Notes under the pieces: model-generated | The model's database searches: none | The model's input: the letters and a program-made list of their open reading frames with translations, nothing else | Told to the model about the DNA's origin: nothing | Shown: one piece after another, positions 10,755 to 23,000 of the stretch | Layout: every line of letters begins with the position of its first letter | How positions within the stretch are numbered: position 1 is the stretch's first letter | Program-made: the position numbers and the translations under genes | Assembly: GCA_051599415.1 (NCBI GenBank) | Contig: AP039701.1 | Coordinates: forward strand, 372,001 to 436,000 | Length of the DNA: 64,000 nt | From: Savitreella phatthalungensis | Taxonomy: Eukaryota | Reading direction: 5' to 3'

Positions 10755-11412
10755 GTCTTTGGGCAGCGGGACGCTACAAGAGCACTTCGTGTGTCTTTCG
10801 CCAACGTCGCCTGAGAAGACTATGTAAAGAGTGACAAGTGAGAAAGAGTGTCAGTGTTGTTGATGGCCATGGCCAAGAGGCCAACGCCTGCTTTTGAACG
10901 AGATGGACCGGAGACCTCCTCTCCTCACAAACACATAGAGCACAACAACGGATGCGTACCGTGCACGGCCACTTTGGACGCAGGGAGTGACCTTGCTATG
11001 CATAATAGACGCCGACCTCCGAAGAACCCACTGCCTGGCCTGTTCATCCTCATCTCTTTCTCAAGTCCCCTGCATTCATACATTCGACCTAGTTGAGCTT
11101 GAAGATAAATTTAATTGGACGCCTCTGTTGCTCCTGTCTTGGCTCCTCCTGCGCCAGCTTGGAAATTCTCCCTGGTTCGCCTGAGCAACGCATTTACACG
11201 CAGGGGGAAGATGAATCAAATGGACATGGCAGTGCGTGTCTTTGGATCAGGTATCACTAGAGAAAATCATCGAATGATCATGAGTGTGATCACTCAGTAG
11301 CTGCCTGCACTGCCATCTGGCCCATAATAATCTGCCAAGCTTAAGCGTTCACGTCAGCCATGCTGGTTTGCTATGGCTTCCGTTGAGTCAGAAGCTAATA
11401 AATGTCTGAGCG

Positions 11413-12675
11413 TTATTTTTGAGCGGCCGCCTTCTTGGCTCCTTCACCCTCAGTGGCTTCGCGCGCAGTGTCTTTCTTGCTTGTTGTCTTGCCTGTATTC
11501 TTCTCTGCAACAGGGTCTACTGAGTCCGCGGCTTGCTGCGCGCGGTCAGCGCTTCCTACCGGCGATTTGCTGCCCTTTTTGCCGCCGGCCTTGTCGCCAT
11601 TTTGGTCTACATCATCCTTGAGGGTCGGTGGAGCAGCCGATGGGCTCTTCTCAGCATTGTCCTCGTTACTGTCCGACTCTCGGGCTGCCTTCTTCTCTTT
11701 CTTTTGTGCTTCCTTGACCTTCTCATTCAGGTCTTCCTGGGAGTCTGTCTGCCTCTTCATGCGTGACTCAGAGCTTGACTGTTTTGCAGCCGCCTGAGCG
11801 CGCTTAGTGTCCTGCTGGAGCTGCTGAGCTTGATGCTGACGAAGATCTTCAAGGCGCGAAGAGCGAGTAGAGCGCGTTTGCGGATCGCCGAGCCAGCCAC
11901 TCACGACCAGTGTGAGCAGGATACTCGTGCATACAATAAATGTCAGCAGGAATCGGTAATTATTGTACCACGGAGGAGCAAAGCCTTTGCGGGATGCACG
12001 ACTGTCGAAGAACCAGATGCCCGTGAAAGTGACAAAGTGGACGACGAGCGCTGTATTGATTGGCAGAAGAATGGACGGCCAGGCGATCAAAGCCGGTGCA
12101 GCACCGTAGAGGTAACGGCGGTAGCCGAGCGAGCCGCCGTATCCAGCGAACTCAAGCCCCCAGTGCACAGCGCCGAGGAAGGAGATGATACTGGCGCCGT
12201 AGCCGACCTGAATGACCTGGGCGTATTCAAGAAGCTGCTCGGCTGTCGCACTGTCGAAAAGGACAAGCTTCTCCGAGAAGTTACCTTCAAAATCTGAGTG
12301 GTTCTTTGAGACATTCCAAGAGAGGTAAAGGGAGGACAAGGCAGTGCCCAGGTAGGGAAGCGTGCCCGCGAGGCCTACGTGCAGAGCTGGCTCAGGCACT
12401 CCTTCGACAGTCTTGCCGATCGACTTGATCTCATCGACAAGTTGTGAGGATCCTGGTCCGGAAGCTGGCATGATCGGCGATCGTGTATCCGCATGGACAC
12501 CTGTAGTGATTGGCGTTGTTGACGAAGTCGTTGTGACTTTGTGGCCATTTGCGTTCAGTGTCAATCGTGTCGAGTGAAAAGCGTGAGTGAGGGAATATGG
12601 AATCATGCGGATTGGTCTGACAGTCGGCAGAGACACCAGATGGCGCTGACCCTGAAGCAAACGTGCCCTGAACAT
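11413..12675 (-). CDS. DUF3429/TMEM69-like mitochondrial membrane protein
   Basis: Presequence with AFHSTR; motifs GLAGTLPYLGT, QVGYGASIISFLGAVHWGLEFA, APPWYNNYRFLLT; charged disordered C-terminus. Confidence 0.85.
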   Translation of the reverse strand: MFRARLLQGQRHLVSLPTVRPIRMIPYSLTHAFHSTRLTLNANGHKVTTTSSTTPITTGVHADTRSPIMPASGPGSSQLVDEIKSIGKTVEGVPEPALHVGLAGTLPYLGTALSSLYLSWNVSKNHSDFEGNFSEKLVLFDSATAEQLLEYAQVIQVGYGASIISFLGAVHWGLEFAGYGGSLGYRRYLYGAAPALIAWPSILLPINTALVVHFVTFTGIWFFDSRASRKGFAPPWYNNYRFLLTFIVCTSILLTLVVSGWLGDPQTRSTRSSRLEDLRQHQAQQLQQDTKRAQAAAKQSSSESRMKRQTDSQEDLNEKVKEAQKKEKKAARESDSNEDNAEKSPSAAPPTLKDDVDQNGDKAGGKKGSKSPVGSADRAQQAADSVDPVAEKNTGKTTSKKDTAREATEGEGAKKAAAQK

Positions 12676-14014
12676 CGCGTCAAAGGACGAGGAGGACGAC
12701 CGGAGAGACTATTGAAGAGGCCCACGCAAAGGTGTGACAGCTTGTTATTAGAGGATGAGAGATAAGCAGTCGTATATACCGGTGATTCAATAAATGCTAC
12801 TACGTCTCGATGTCTCACTGGACGTCTGGCGTGTCTCAAGGTGTGGGGATATGCAGCCAGCAGACTGCATCATCGGAAGTTACACCGTAGGTTCAATGCG
12901 ATGCTCTGATCCCACTCGATCGTCTGACCTGACCTATGAAGCAAGCCTTCCTGAGGTGGTTTGACTTTTGACCATACAGACATCACATTCAATTGAATGA
13001 CGTCGATTTCAGATTATCAGGTAAGGCAGCCAATCCCGTTGACCCGATTCCCAGACTCCCAATTGAATTCCACCTATTTTATCTTCACCTTGAGTATTGC
13101 GCCCATTTGTACTGATTTTGGACTGTTGTCTGCTACAGACCTGGTAACCGCTGAGGTTTGACCTCCTCAATTCAACAGAGTCAGAAATCCTAGCCATTCT
13201 GGGTAAGATACAAGGGTTGAGAATTCGAACATCTTTGTGCATGCAAGTCGATCAAATGCATACAAACAATATTTGATGTCACTGAACTTTAAAATCTTCC
13301 ATCCCGCCCCGCCCTTCCACTGTCACGACTTGGCTTGTTTCGAATCAGCAATCCTGATCAGGAGCAATCATTCCAGTCACTCTACGCGCCTTCATTTTGT
13401 ATGTGACTACAATCAAACCGTGTATCTTGGAATTTACATTCCAATTTCTTTTCTTGTAAATGCAGGCAGAGCTGCGCGACCGGGGATAAGGATATTTGTA
13501 GACATATAAACTTGTTTGTATTGATGGAACTTTGAACTTTTGAAAATCTCAAGAGACCAATTAAGACTATATACTGTATATCCGATCGAGCACATAATGA
13601 TTGGCGGTAATTGTAGGCCGCTACTGTATAGCCTAGGCATATGACATATATTCGATCGAATCGAAATTGCAGGTGCTCATGGTTTCAGCTCCGCCATGAA
13701 ACTGTCAATGCATGTCCAATCAGCAGACAGGTGCAGGACTGGCAGTTTCCCCCCCATACTGGTAGACATGCCACGCGAAGACCTTCACGAACGCAGACAC
13801 GCCATCATCAGTCTATACATGATCTGAACTGGAACTTCACGAGTAATTGTTCAATTTATCGATCATTATCAATCAGAGATCGATTCAAAGACTTCTACGG
13901 CAGAAGAGAGGTTGATGTCACCGATCATGACTGGCCGCTGAAAGATACAAGAACAAGTTTTCTATTGACTACCCCACTGCGTGCGCCAAGTCACAGCCGA
14001 GTACTTCCACCGGA

Positions 14015-17000
14015 ATGCTCGAAGGACTGGTAGCGCAGCTGCTCAACCGCTTCCTCGGGGCGTATATCGACGGCTTTGATCCCAAACAGCTTAATGTCGG
14101 TATTTGGTCGGGCGACGTCAAGTTGCGCAACCTCAAGCTCAAGCGCGAGGCGCTCGACAAGTTCAAGCTGCCCATCGACGTGAGTGCAGGCTATGTGGGC
14201 GAATTGACGCTCTCCATTCCCTGGAGCAATCTGGCCAAAAAGCCTGTCAAGGTTTTCATCGATAACGTGTTCCTTCTCGCTGCGCCAAAGATTGACCAGG
14301 AGTATGACGAAGCCGACGACAGGCGCCGTGCACGTGCCCTGAAGCAGGAAAAGCTCGAAAGCGCAGAGCTCCTTTCTCGCAAGCAGGCAGATCTCACAAC
14401 AGACGAGTCGAAGCGCAATCAATCATTTGCAGAGTCCCTGACCACCAAGATCGTCGATAATCTTCAGATAACGATCAACTCTGTGCACATCCGCTATGAG
14501 GACTCCGTCAGCGCGCCTGACTCCCCATTCAGTGTCGGTATCACCCTGAACGAATTTTCAGCGCTAAGCACCGATGCGGAATGGAACCACGCCTTTATCG
14601 AGGGCAATCCCAACGTGACATATAAGCTCGCCACTCTGGGATCCATGTCCGTCTACTGGAACACTGATTCGGAGAGCTTGATAGGCAAGGATTTTGACGA
14701 ACTCACAGGTATCTTCGACAGGCTGATCCCGCGGCCAGGCAAGATTCCAGATCATCAATACATCCTCAAGCCTGTTTCTGCAACAGGACGAATTACCATG
14801 AACAAGCTGGTTGTGAAGGACTCGACCAAGCCAAAGACCGATGTCGCGCTCATTTTCGACCAGATTGCCTTTGCCATTGATCAGGATCAATATCGTGACG
14901 CGCTTATGCTCGTCGACACCTTCCATTTCTTCCTCCGTCATCAGGAATATCGCCGTCATCGGCCAAGCAAGTCGGTCAAGGAAGATCCGCGTGCCTGGCT
15001 ACAGTTTGCTGGAAACTGTGTACTGAGAAATGTGCACGAGCGCCATGTCGTGTGGACATGGGACTACATGAAGCAGCGCCGAAACGAACGACGCGAGTAC
15101 ATCGATCTGTGGAAGAAGAAAGTAAACTCGGCAACATTGACAACGGAGGAATCAGCGAGGCTCAAGCATCTGGAAGATGATCTCAAGTATGAGGACATTC
15201 GCTTCTATCGATCGTTGGCTCGCGGTCAGCTTCGCAAAGAAAATGCGCTGAAGCCAAAGCAGATTGCGCAACAGGCATCGGGTTGGTTGTCCTGGGCCTG
15301 GGGCGGTGGGACAGTGAAGAGTGATCAAGCTACGGAACAGGACCCTGTCATGACTGAGCAGCAGCGCAAGGAATTGTACGACGCAATTGAGTGGGACGAA
15401 AAGACTGCTGTGGCAGAGAGTGTCGATGCGCCGAAAGAAACCGTTATGCTCAACCTCACCGCCACGTTGAAGGGCGGTAGTTTCGTGATGCGTCGTCCCA
15501 AGAAGGACTCAAGCACGGATGTCCTGACGGTCGACTTTCACGAGACCACGGCAAAATTCGTGCAGCGCCCTGATTCCTTCTACGCCGATATGGCCCTCAA
15601 ATCCATGCGTGTTAAGGATGGTACCACCCCAGGCTCACTGTACACCGATATGATCCGCGTCAAGGAAAGCAGCATGGAAGCCGATTCATCTCTAGACGAC
15701 AGCCCGCTATTCTTTGCCGCTTTCGAACGAAATCCATTGAGTGGCAAAGCAGATTCGGAAGTTACAGCTCGACTCAAAGCGCTCGAAATTGTGTACAACG
15801 TTCAGTGTATTGAGACTGTGATGCGCTTCTTGCAGCCACCAAAATCGCAGATCGAGTCCATCACAGCCCTCATACAGGCCGCTGGTGAGACAGTCAAGGA
15901 CTTCCGCGAACAAGGTAGAGCGGGCCTCGAATTTGCTCTATCAGAGCACAAGACTATTGCTGCACATCTGGACTTACAGGCCCCACTGATCGTCATCCCG
16001 GAGAGTTGCACTCGCGCTGATGCGCCCTGCATTATCGTCGATGCGGGCAAAATCCATATCGAGAGCGAGCTCGTGGAGAAGGAGCGCATAACAGAATTAC
16101 AGCGGCGGCAGACAGACAAAATGGCGGAAGACGAGATACAGGAGCTCCAAGCGCTGTGCTACGACAAGTTCAAATTGCGGCTCGAGGCGACACAGATCCT
16201 CATTGGGCCTAGTGTGCAACGCTCTTTAGAAGCATTGAACTCGGAAGTCGACCGTCAGTTCCATGTTGTGGATCGCATCAATATGGATTTCCTCATCGAG
16301 GTCTCCATCTTGCCCAAGAATGCTTCGTTGACACTGACGAAATTGCGCATCTCCGGTCACCTGCCATCGCTGTCCGCACGCGTGTCCGATCGGAAGTATC
16401 ATACAATGATGAGAATCATCGATATAGCAGTGCCAAAATCCGACGAGGCAGAAGAAGCTCGTCCGGTGACTCGAGAATCGCGCCGCTTCTCAAAAGCTCT
16501 TCCGTCGCAACCACTTGCCGACCTTGACCGAGTCTCGGTTTTGACAGATCCGCGAAGCGAATCTGATCACGATAGCCAGACAGCAGATCCGGACGAAACC
16601 GCTGACACGATCGACGATGACGCAGACGACAAGTTCGTGGCCGCGCCCGAGGCAATTGACGAAAAAGATCTCCTTTACCGACAACGCACATTCGAGTTCA
16701 GGTTCACCGTCGGCGAACTTCGTGGATCGCTCTTCAAAGCCGAGGGCGACGAGGAAGACGGACAGCACTTGGTAGACGTGGTACTCCAGCAGTTTGCCCT
16801 CGACTTCAGCCTGCGCCAATACGACATGCAGGCCAACGTTGTGCTGAAATCACTCGTCGTGGATGACAGGATGAATACAGAGTCTCCGCCTGAGTTTCAG
16901 AAGCTCGTCACATCCGAGCGCCTCGACGACGATGCTGACGCAGGTCAGTACAAGGATCTAGTTCGGGTGCAATACACTCAAGTCAAGCCAACCTCGCCTG

Positions 17001-20000
17001 AGTATCAGACCGTCTTTGGAGGCATTGATCGTCATGTTGACGTTGCGTTGAGCACAATCAATGTCATTGTCACGCAAAAGAGTGTATTGACGCTTTTCGA
17101 CTTCATCCTCACCACTTTCACTTCGCAGGATCCACCGAAGCAGGAGCAATTCATCAGGCAAGAGGAGGATCCGGAGGCCGCAATCGACGTGAAGATGCGC
17201 GTGAAGGTCGAGCTAACCTCGATTGTTCTCATCCTTAATCAGGACGGCATTCGACTGGCGACGATTAAGATGAGTAAGGGTGATGTCGGTGTCTTCATGA
17301 GCGGTCCAACCATGCGCGTCGGAGCTCGTATTGGCAATTTCAGCGTTCGTGACGATATCAACACCGGCATTGCGAAATCATCTCCTCTGCGCCAGCTCAT
17401 CGACGTGCAGGGCGACGAGCTCGCGGATTTCCGCTACGAAACCTTCGCGCGAATGGCTGCCACATATCCAGGATATGATTCGTCTGTTTACCTTCGTCTC
17501 AGCTCCATCAAGGTCAATTTCCTGGAAGAACCAATGCGCAAGATTCTCGCCTTTGGCGCGAAGTTCGCGCGGATGAAAGCGGTCTTTGACGAGGCGCGGA
17601 ATATGGCGATGAATTCCGTCCAACAGGCGCAGCAGCAGGCCGGTAAGATGCATTTTGACCTGCTTGTTCGAACCCCGATTGTTGTTTTCCCGCGCATCAG
17701 CGGCGAGACCCAGGAGCGAGACGTCGTCACAGCCAATCTGGGAGAGCTTTTCGCGATCAACTCGTTCGAACGAGCAGATTCTTCAGATGAGGTCAATCAT
17801 GTGTCGGCGGGCATTCGCAACATCAGCCTTGCCTCGAAGTTCCATTACCGTCAAAACACCTATGAGGAATTGCAGATGATTGAGGATGCCGATGCTACGG
17901 TCGAGGTTGTCCTGCCAGGTGAATTTACAGGGCAGAAGCCCGCCATCAAAGTCACTGGCAACGTCTCAGACATCAAGCTCAAGGTTACGCAGTCACAGTA
18001 CCAATTCTTGATGGACATTATGAGGGCCGTACCGGCTATCTTTGCGAACGAAGACGAAGTAGACGAGGAGGAGAGGGAATTGTCCCAATCCTTACTTGTC
18101 CGGCCCAAGCCTGAAGAACACAAGGTGGAAGGAGAGCTCGTAAGTGATCTCGAGCCCGAACTCGGCGAGGTTCGCGAGGACGATCAGCGCGTCGCGGTCA
18201 CCACCTCACTCGATGCAGACTTCACGATAGGCTCGCTTGGATTGGAACTCTTTTCGAATCGCGAGGACTCACCGGCTGGCGACCTGGAGAAGGCTTCTCT
18301 ATCGCGCTTCCTTCTGAGCTCCACCGTAGCAAAACTTTCCTCGCGCAGTGACGGGTCATCCCAGGGCGAAATCAACGTGCGCAGCTTCACGGTAAACGAC
18401 ACTCGGTACGCAAAGAACAACAATTTCCGAGAAGTCATTCCGGCCATCGATCACGAGGGAGATCAGTTCAACGCGAGCATTACACTCAGTGGAGGTGCGA
18501 ACAGAGCGCTCATGGCTATGCTGACTATCGACAGTCCGCGAGTGATCTTCTCACTTGAGCATGTATTTGCGTTGCAGCATTGGATATCAAGCGCCTTTGA
18601 CAAAAATCCTGACATTGTCGAGACAGAGCCTGCAGAATCGGCGTCAAGGAGCCTGCGTGCACGGGATGCATCTGCCTCCCGCCTGCAGCCGTCCGCTGGC
18701 CAGGACGAGGCAGCGGTCAACCAATCCTCGAACATGTCGATCGCATTCAGGGTGAACATCGTCGATCCGAGTATCATGCTGGTCGCAAATGCTGCAGATC
18801 CGTCCTCAGAAGCGATTATCCTTTCTGCAAAGCAGATCCTGCTCATCCAGCAAACTGTATTGACTTTTGAGATGGACAGGGTAGCGATGTTCTTGTGCCG
18901 TATGGACGACATTGTCAACAAGCGCCTACGTATACTCGACGATTTCAGCATGAATGTGTCACTCGATTCAAGCAAGACTTCCGAGTCAGTTCGCAATCAA
19001 TGCATCGAAATCGCCGTTGAGCCCTTAGTCTTGCGCGTCAGCTTGCGCGACATCATGCTAGCGATGAATATCGCGAGCAAGGCGTCCCAGCTATCGGCCG
19101 CGATCGAGGAGACTGGTTCATCGAGCGAGCACAAACGGCGGAGAAGTAGCGTGGCAACTACCAGCCAGAAAGCTGCTTCGGCTAACGTGCTGCCGTCTCA
19201 TCGTCGTTCCGCCGCTACAGGCAAGGTGTCGCTAGCGACAAAGATCAAGGACGATTCTAGGTCGTCCTTGCCGAACGCACCTGGTGGTGGATTGCTTAAG
19301 TCTACACTGGTCTCGCGCGAGGAGCTCAAAGCTACTTTGAAAGGCCTTCGGCTGGTCTTGATCGGCAGCAGCCACGAGCTGCCTATGCTCGACATGTGTG
19401 TATCGAGCTTCCAGGTCGCTGTCACGGACTGGTCGAGCGACATGCATATTGACACCAATATCGACGCTTTCGCGAATGTGTACAACTTCGCCAAATCTCA
19501 CTGGGAGCCGCTCATTGAGCCTTGGTCCATGGGACTGCATGTTGCGAAGTCAGTGCGGCCTGAGCGTTTCGACGTCAACATCTTTTCTCGTAAGCGCGTG
19601 GAAATGACAGTGACCTCTAGCACTATCGCCCTGTTCTCGAAGGCTGTCCAATATCTCTCCAGCGACGAGGACGTCATCTCAAAGCCGCGTAGTGTGGACG
19701 GTCACTATCGAATCATGAACATGACCGGGTACACAATCAACATATGGTCGGACGGCGACGACAGCGGAGACGCATCATCACTTGAAGATGGGGAGGAGAT
19801 TCCGTGGTCATTTGAGGCATGGCAGAAGCAGCGCGAGAATGTGACATCTGATGAACAGAAATCCAAGTTGGCGATCAAGCTGGAAGGGACTAAGTGGGAG
19901 TCAATCACGAACGTGCCCGTCAACATGGAGGGCGAGAGAGTCTACACGCTGCGCACGCGCTCGAGAGACACCCTCGTTAATCATCGTATCATCGTCGACG

Positions 20001-23000
20001 TTCGTCTCAGGACGGACTTCGTCAAATATGTGACCATCCGCTCAGGCATGTTGTTTGAAAATCGCACGAAAATACCACTCGAAATAGTCGCCGTCGACGC
20101 TAGCGGCAACAAGAAGTCTAGAGTCTACAACATAGCTCCAGATGAGGACTGTGCCGCGCCGATCGAGGCTGGATTCGAGAATGGCATCAAAATCAGGCCT
20201 GACCCTGGGTTTCACTACCAGTGGAGTCACCAGACCCTTTACTGGAAGGAACTGTACAAACAGCCGACCCGCAGCATTCAGTGTAAACCGACTGAGGATG
20301 ATGAGGTGGCAACGTTTAATTTCCAGTGTCACGCGCGTTTCCCCAAGGCCGGTCTGCTAAACGGCAGATATCCCCATCAGATCATCCGCATCAGTCCGCC
20401 CGTCGAGATCAATAATTTACTACCATACGACTTCAAGTTCCGGATCTTCGACCAGACAACGCAGCGCGACTTCTCTCACGTGCTCACAAAAGGTGTCTCA
20501 TCTCCTGTGCATACCGTCGAGCTGTCTCACGTGCTCCTGCTTGCTGTTAAGATACAAGATTCCAGTCCGGTCTACAAACCGTCCAAGTTTTCTGTGATTC
20601 ATACGAATAACCCGGACGAGTACCGCCGCGACGAGACGCTGGTCATCGAAGACCAAGATGGCAACAAGACTCAGCTAGGAGTCCATTTCACAGAAGTTCA
20701 CGACTCTGGCGGCAGCTTCGTGTGCTCGATCTTCTCTCCATACCTGATTCTTAACAAGACAGGCCTCGACATTTGTGTGAGATGCAAATCATTCTTACAG
20801 AAGGCGAGATCGGCCCCGGGCAACTCTGCCGGAGTTATACCGTTTCATAACGAGCGCGCGACCCCGTATATGCACTCATACACAAACGACGATCGGAAGA
20901 ACCGTTCGCTAATCCGAGCCGGAGACTCGAGCTGGTCAAAGGCTCAGTCCTTTGAAGCAATCGGCAGCGTCAATGATGTTATCATCCCTGCAGCTGGTAA
21001 CCAGGAGATTCACCTCGGAATCCAGGTTGAGGAAGGTGAAGGCAAGTATAAGCTGACAAAGGTCGTGTCATTGACTCCACGCTTTGTCCTGAAATCTCGT
21101 CTAAACGAAGATATTCTGCTTCGAGAGCCCTCCTCGGCGGATATCCTCGAGTTGAGTGCGGGCGACAGGATCCCACTACACTTCATGAGACAGACCGCTT
21201 CGAAACAGCTCTGCTTATGCATGCCTGGGGTGGACAACGATTGGTCAAATCCGTTCAGCATTATGGACGTCGGCCGCGTCTATGTCAAGGTCCAGAAACA
21301 AGGGGAACACCAGCGTCTTATCAAGATTGACATTCTCCTTGAGGCGGCCACAATTTTCCTCCACCTAACACACGAGGACAAGAACTGGCCATTCGTGATC
21401 AGGAACGAATCCCACTGCGAAATGATTTACTACCAGGGCAACCCGTACATCGAGGATGACGAAGATGTCGGTAAACGAATCCCATATAAGCCGCAGCGAT
21501 ACAAGATACCGGCACGCAGTATCATGCCATACGCTTGGGACTTCCCCGCAGCAAAGTCACCCGTGTTGATCTTGTCGCCCACGCGTGAGGACGCTCGAGT
21601 GAGGCATCTTCGACTGACTGAGATTGGCTCTCTCGAACCTTTCCGCGTTCCTGCCGATCCTCGTCGTGGTACGAATGGCGGAATTATAGACTTAAGCGTT
21701 GTGGCCGACGGCCCGACTCGGAAGCTGATCATGCGGGATTACAATCCCGACACGAGCCTTTACAAGGTCAGGAAGGATGGTGCACCGGGCGGCAGGGCCA
21801 AGCTATTGCGGACTGACTCGAGCTCCTCCGTGCGTTCCAGCGGAGATTTTGAGACGATTAACAACAGTAAGGCAGCCGAAGTGACATTCCGAGCGACCAT
21901 ACGCCTCGAAGGACTCGGTCTGTCGCTCGTCAATTCGCGCAGACAGGAACTCGCCTACTGCACATTGCGTAATATAGAGGCAACGTACACAGACTCGCTG
22001 GCTGAGCAGTCCTACGATCTCGTATGCAAGTGGATCCAGATCGACAACCAGCTTTACGGAGGAATCTACCCGATCCTGCTTTACCCAACGATGATTCCAA
22101 AGACGGGCCGCGAAATTGACATGAGACCAGCCTTTAGAGCTGCGGTCACCAAGGCCAAGGACGATTCCCATGGCGTCTTTTTCGTCAAGTACGCTACAGT
22201 GCTGCTGCAAGAGATGACCATGGAGGTGGACGAGGACTTTTTGTTTGCGTTGCTCGACTTCAGCAAAGTTCCCGGAGCATCCTGGGCCGAGACACATGAA
22301 GGCAAGCTTTGCGACGACACGATTGATTTGCCGGAGCCAGACAGAGAGACAGCCGGCAACGATGCGTACTTCGAAGTCCTCCACTTGCAACCGATTCAGA
22401 TGAACCTCTCCTTCGTGCGAACAGAGCGCGTCAATGTCGAGGACAAAACTTCCTCTCGCAACCCACTGATGTTCTTCTTCAACATTCTCACCATGGCTCT
22501 TGGTAACATTAACGAAGCACCCGTCCGTCTGAACGCGCTCTTGATGGAAAACGTCCTCACCTCATATGCGCTGCTTTCTGCGAACATCCAGGCGCACTAC
22601 GGGCAGGAGTTCTTTTACCAGATTCACAAGATCTTAGGCTCAGCCGATTTCCTTGGGAACCCCGTTGGTCTGTTCACCAATATCTCCTCGGGTGTTGCAG
22701 ACATCTTCTACGAGCCGTATCAAGGCTTCGTCATGTCAGACCGGCCCGGGGAACTCGGCATCGGCATAGCAAAGGGCACAGCGTCTTTCGTCAAGAAGAC
22801 AGTGTTCGGAATCTCTGACTCGATCTCAAAGGTCACTGGCTCTGTCTCGAAGGGACTCTCTGTGGCGACCATGGACAAGCAGTTCCAGGATCGTCGACGG
22901 ATGACGCGGTCACGGAATCGACCGAAGCATGCTCTGTACGGTTTACAAAACGGCGGACTTGCCTTCATTTCGTCCATCGGCAGCGGTGTTGAGGGATTGG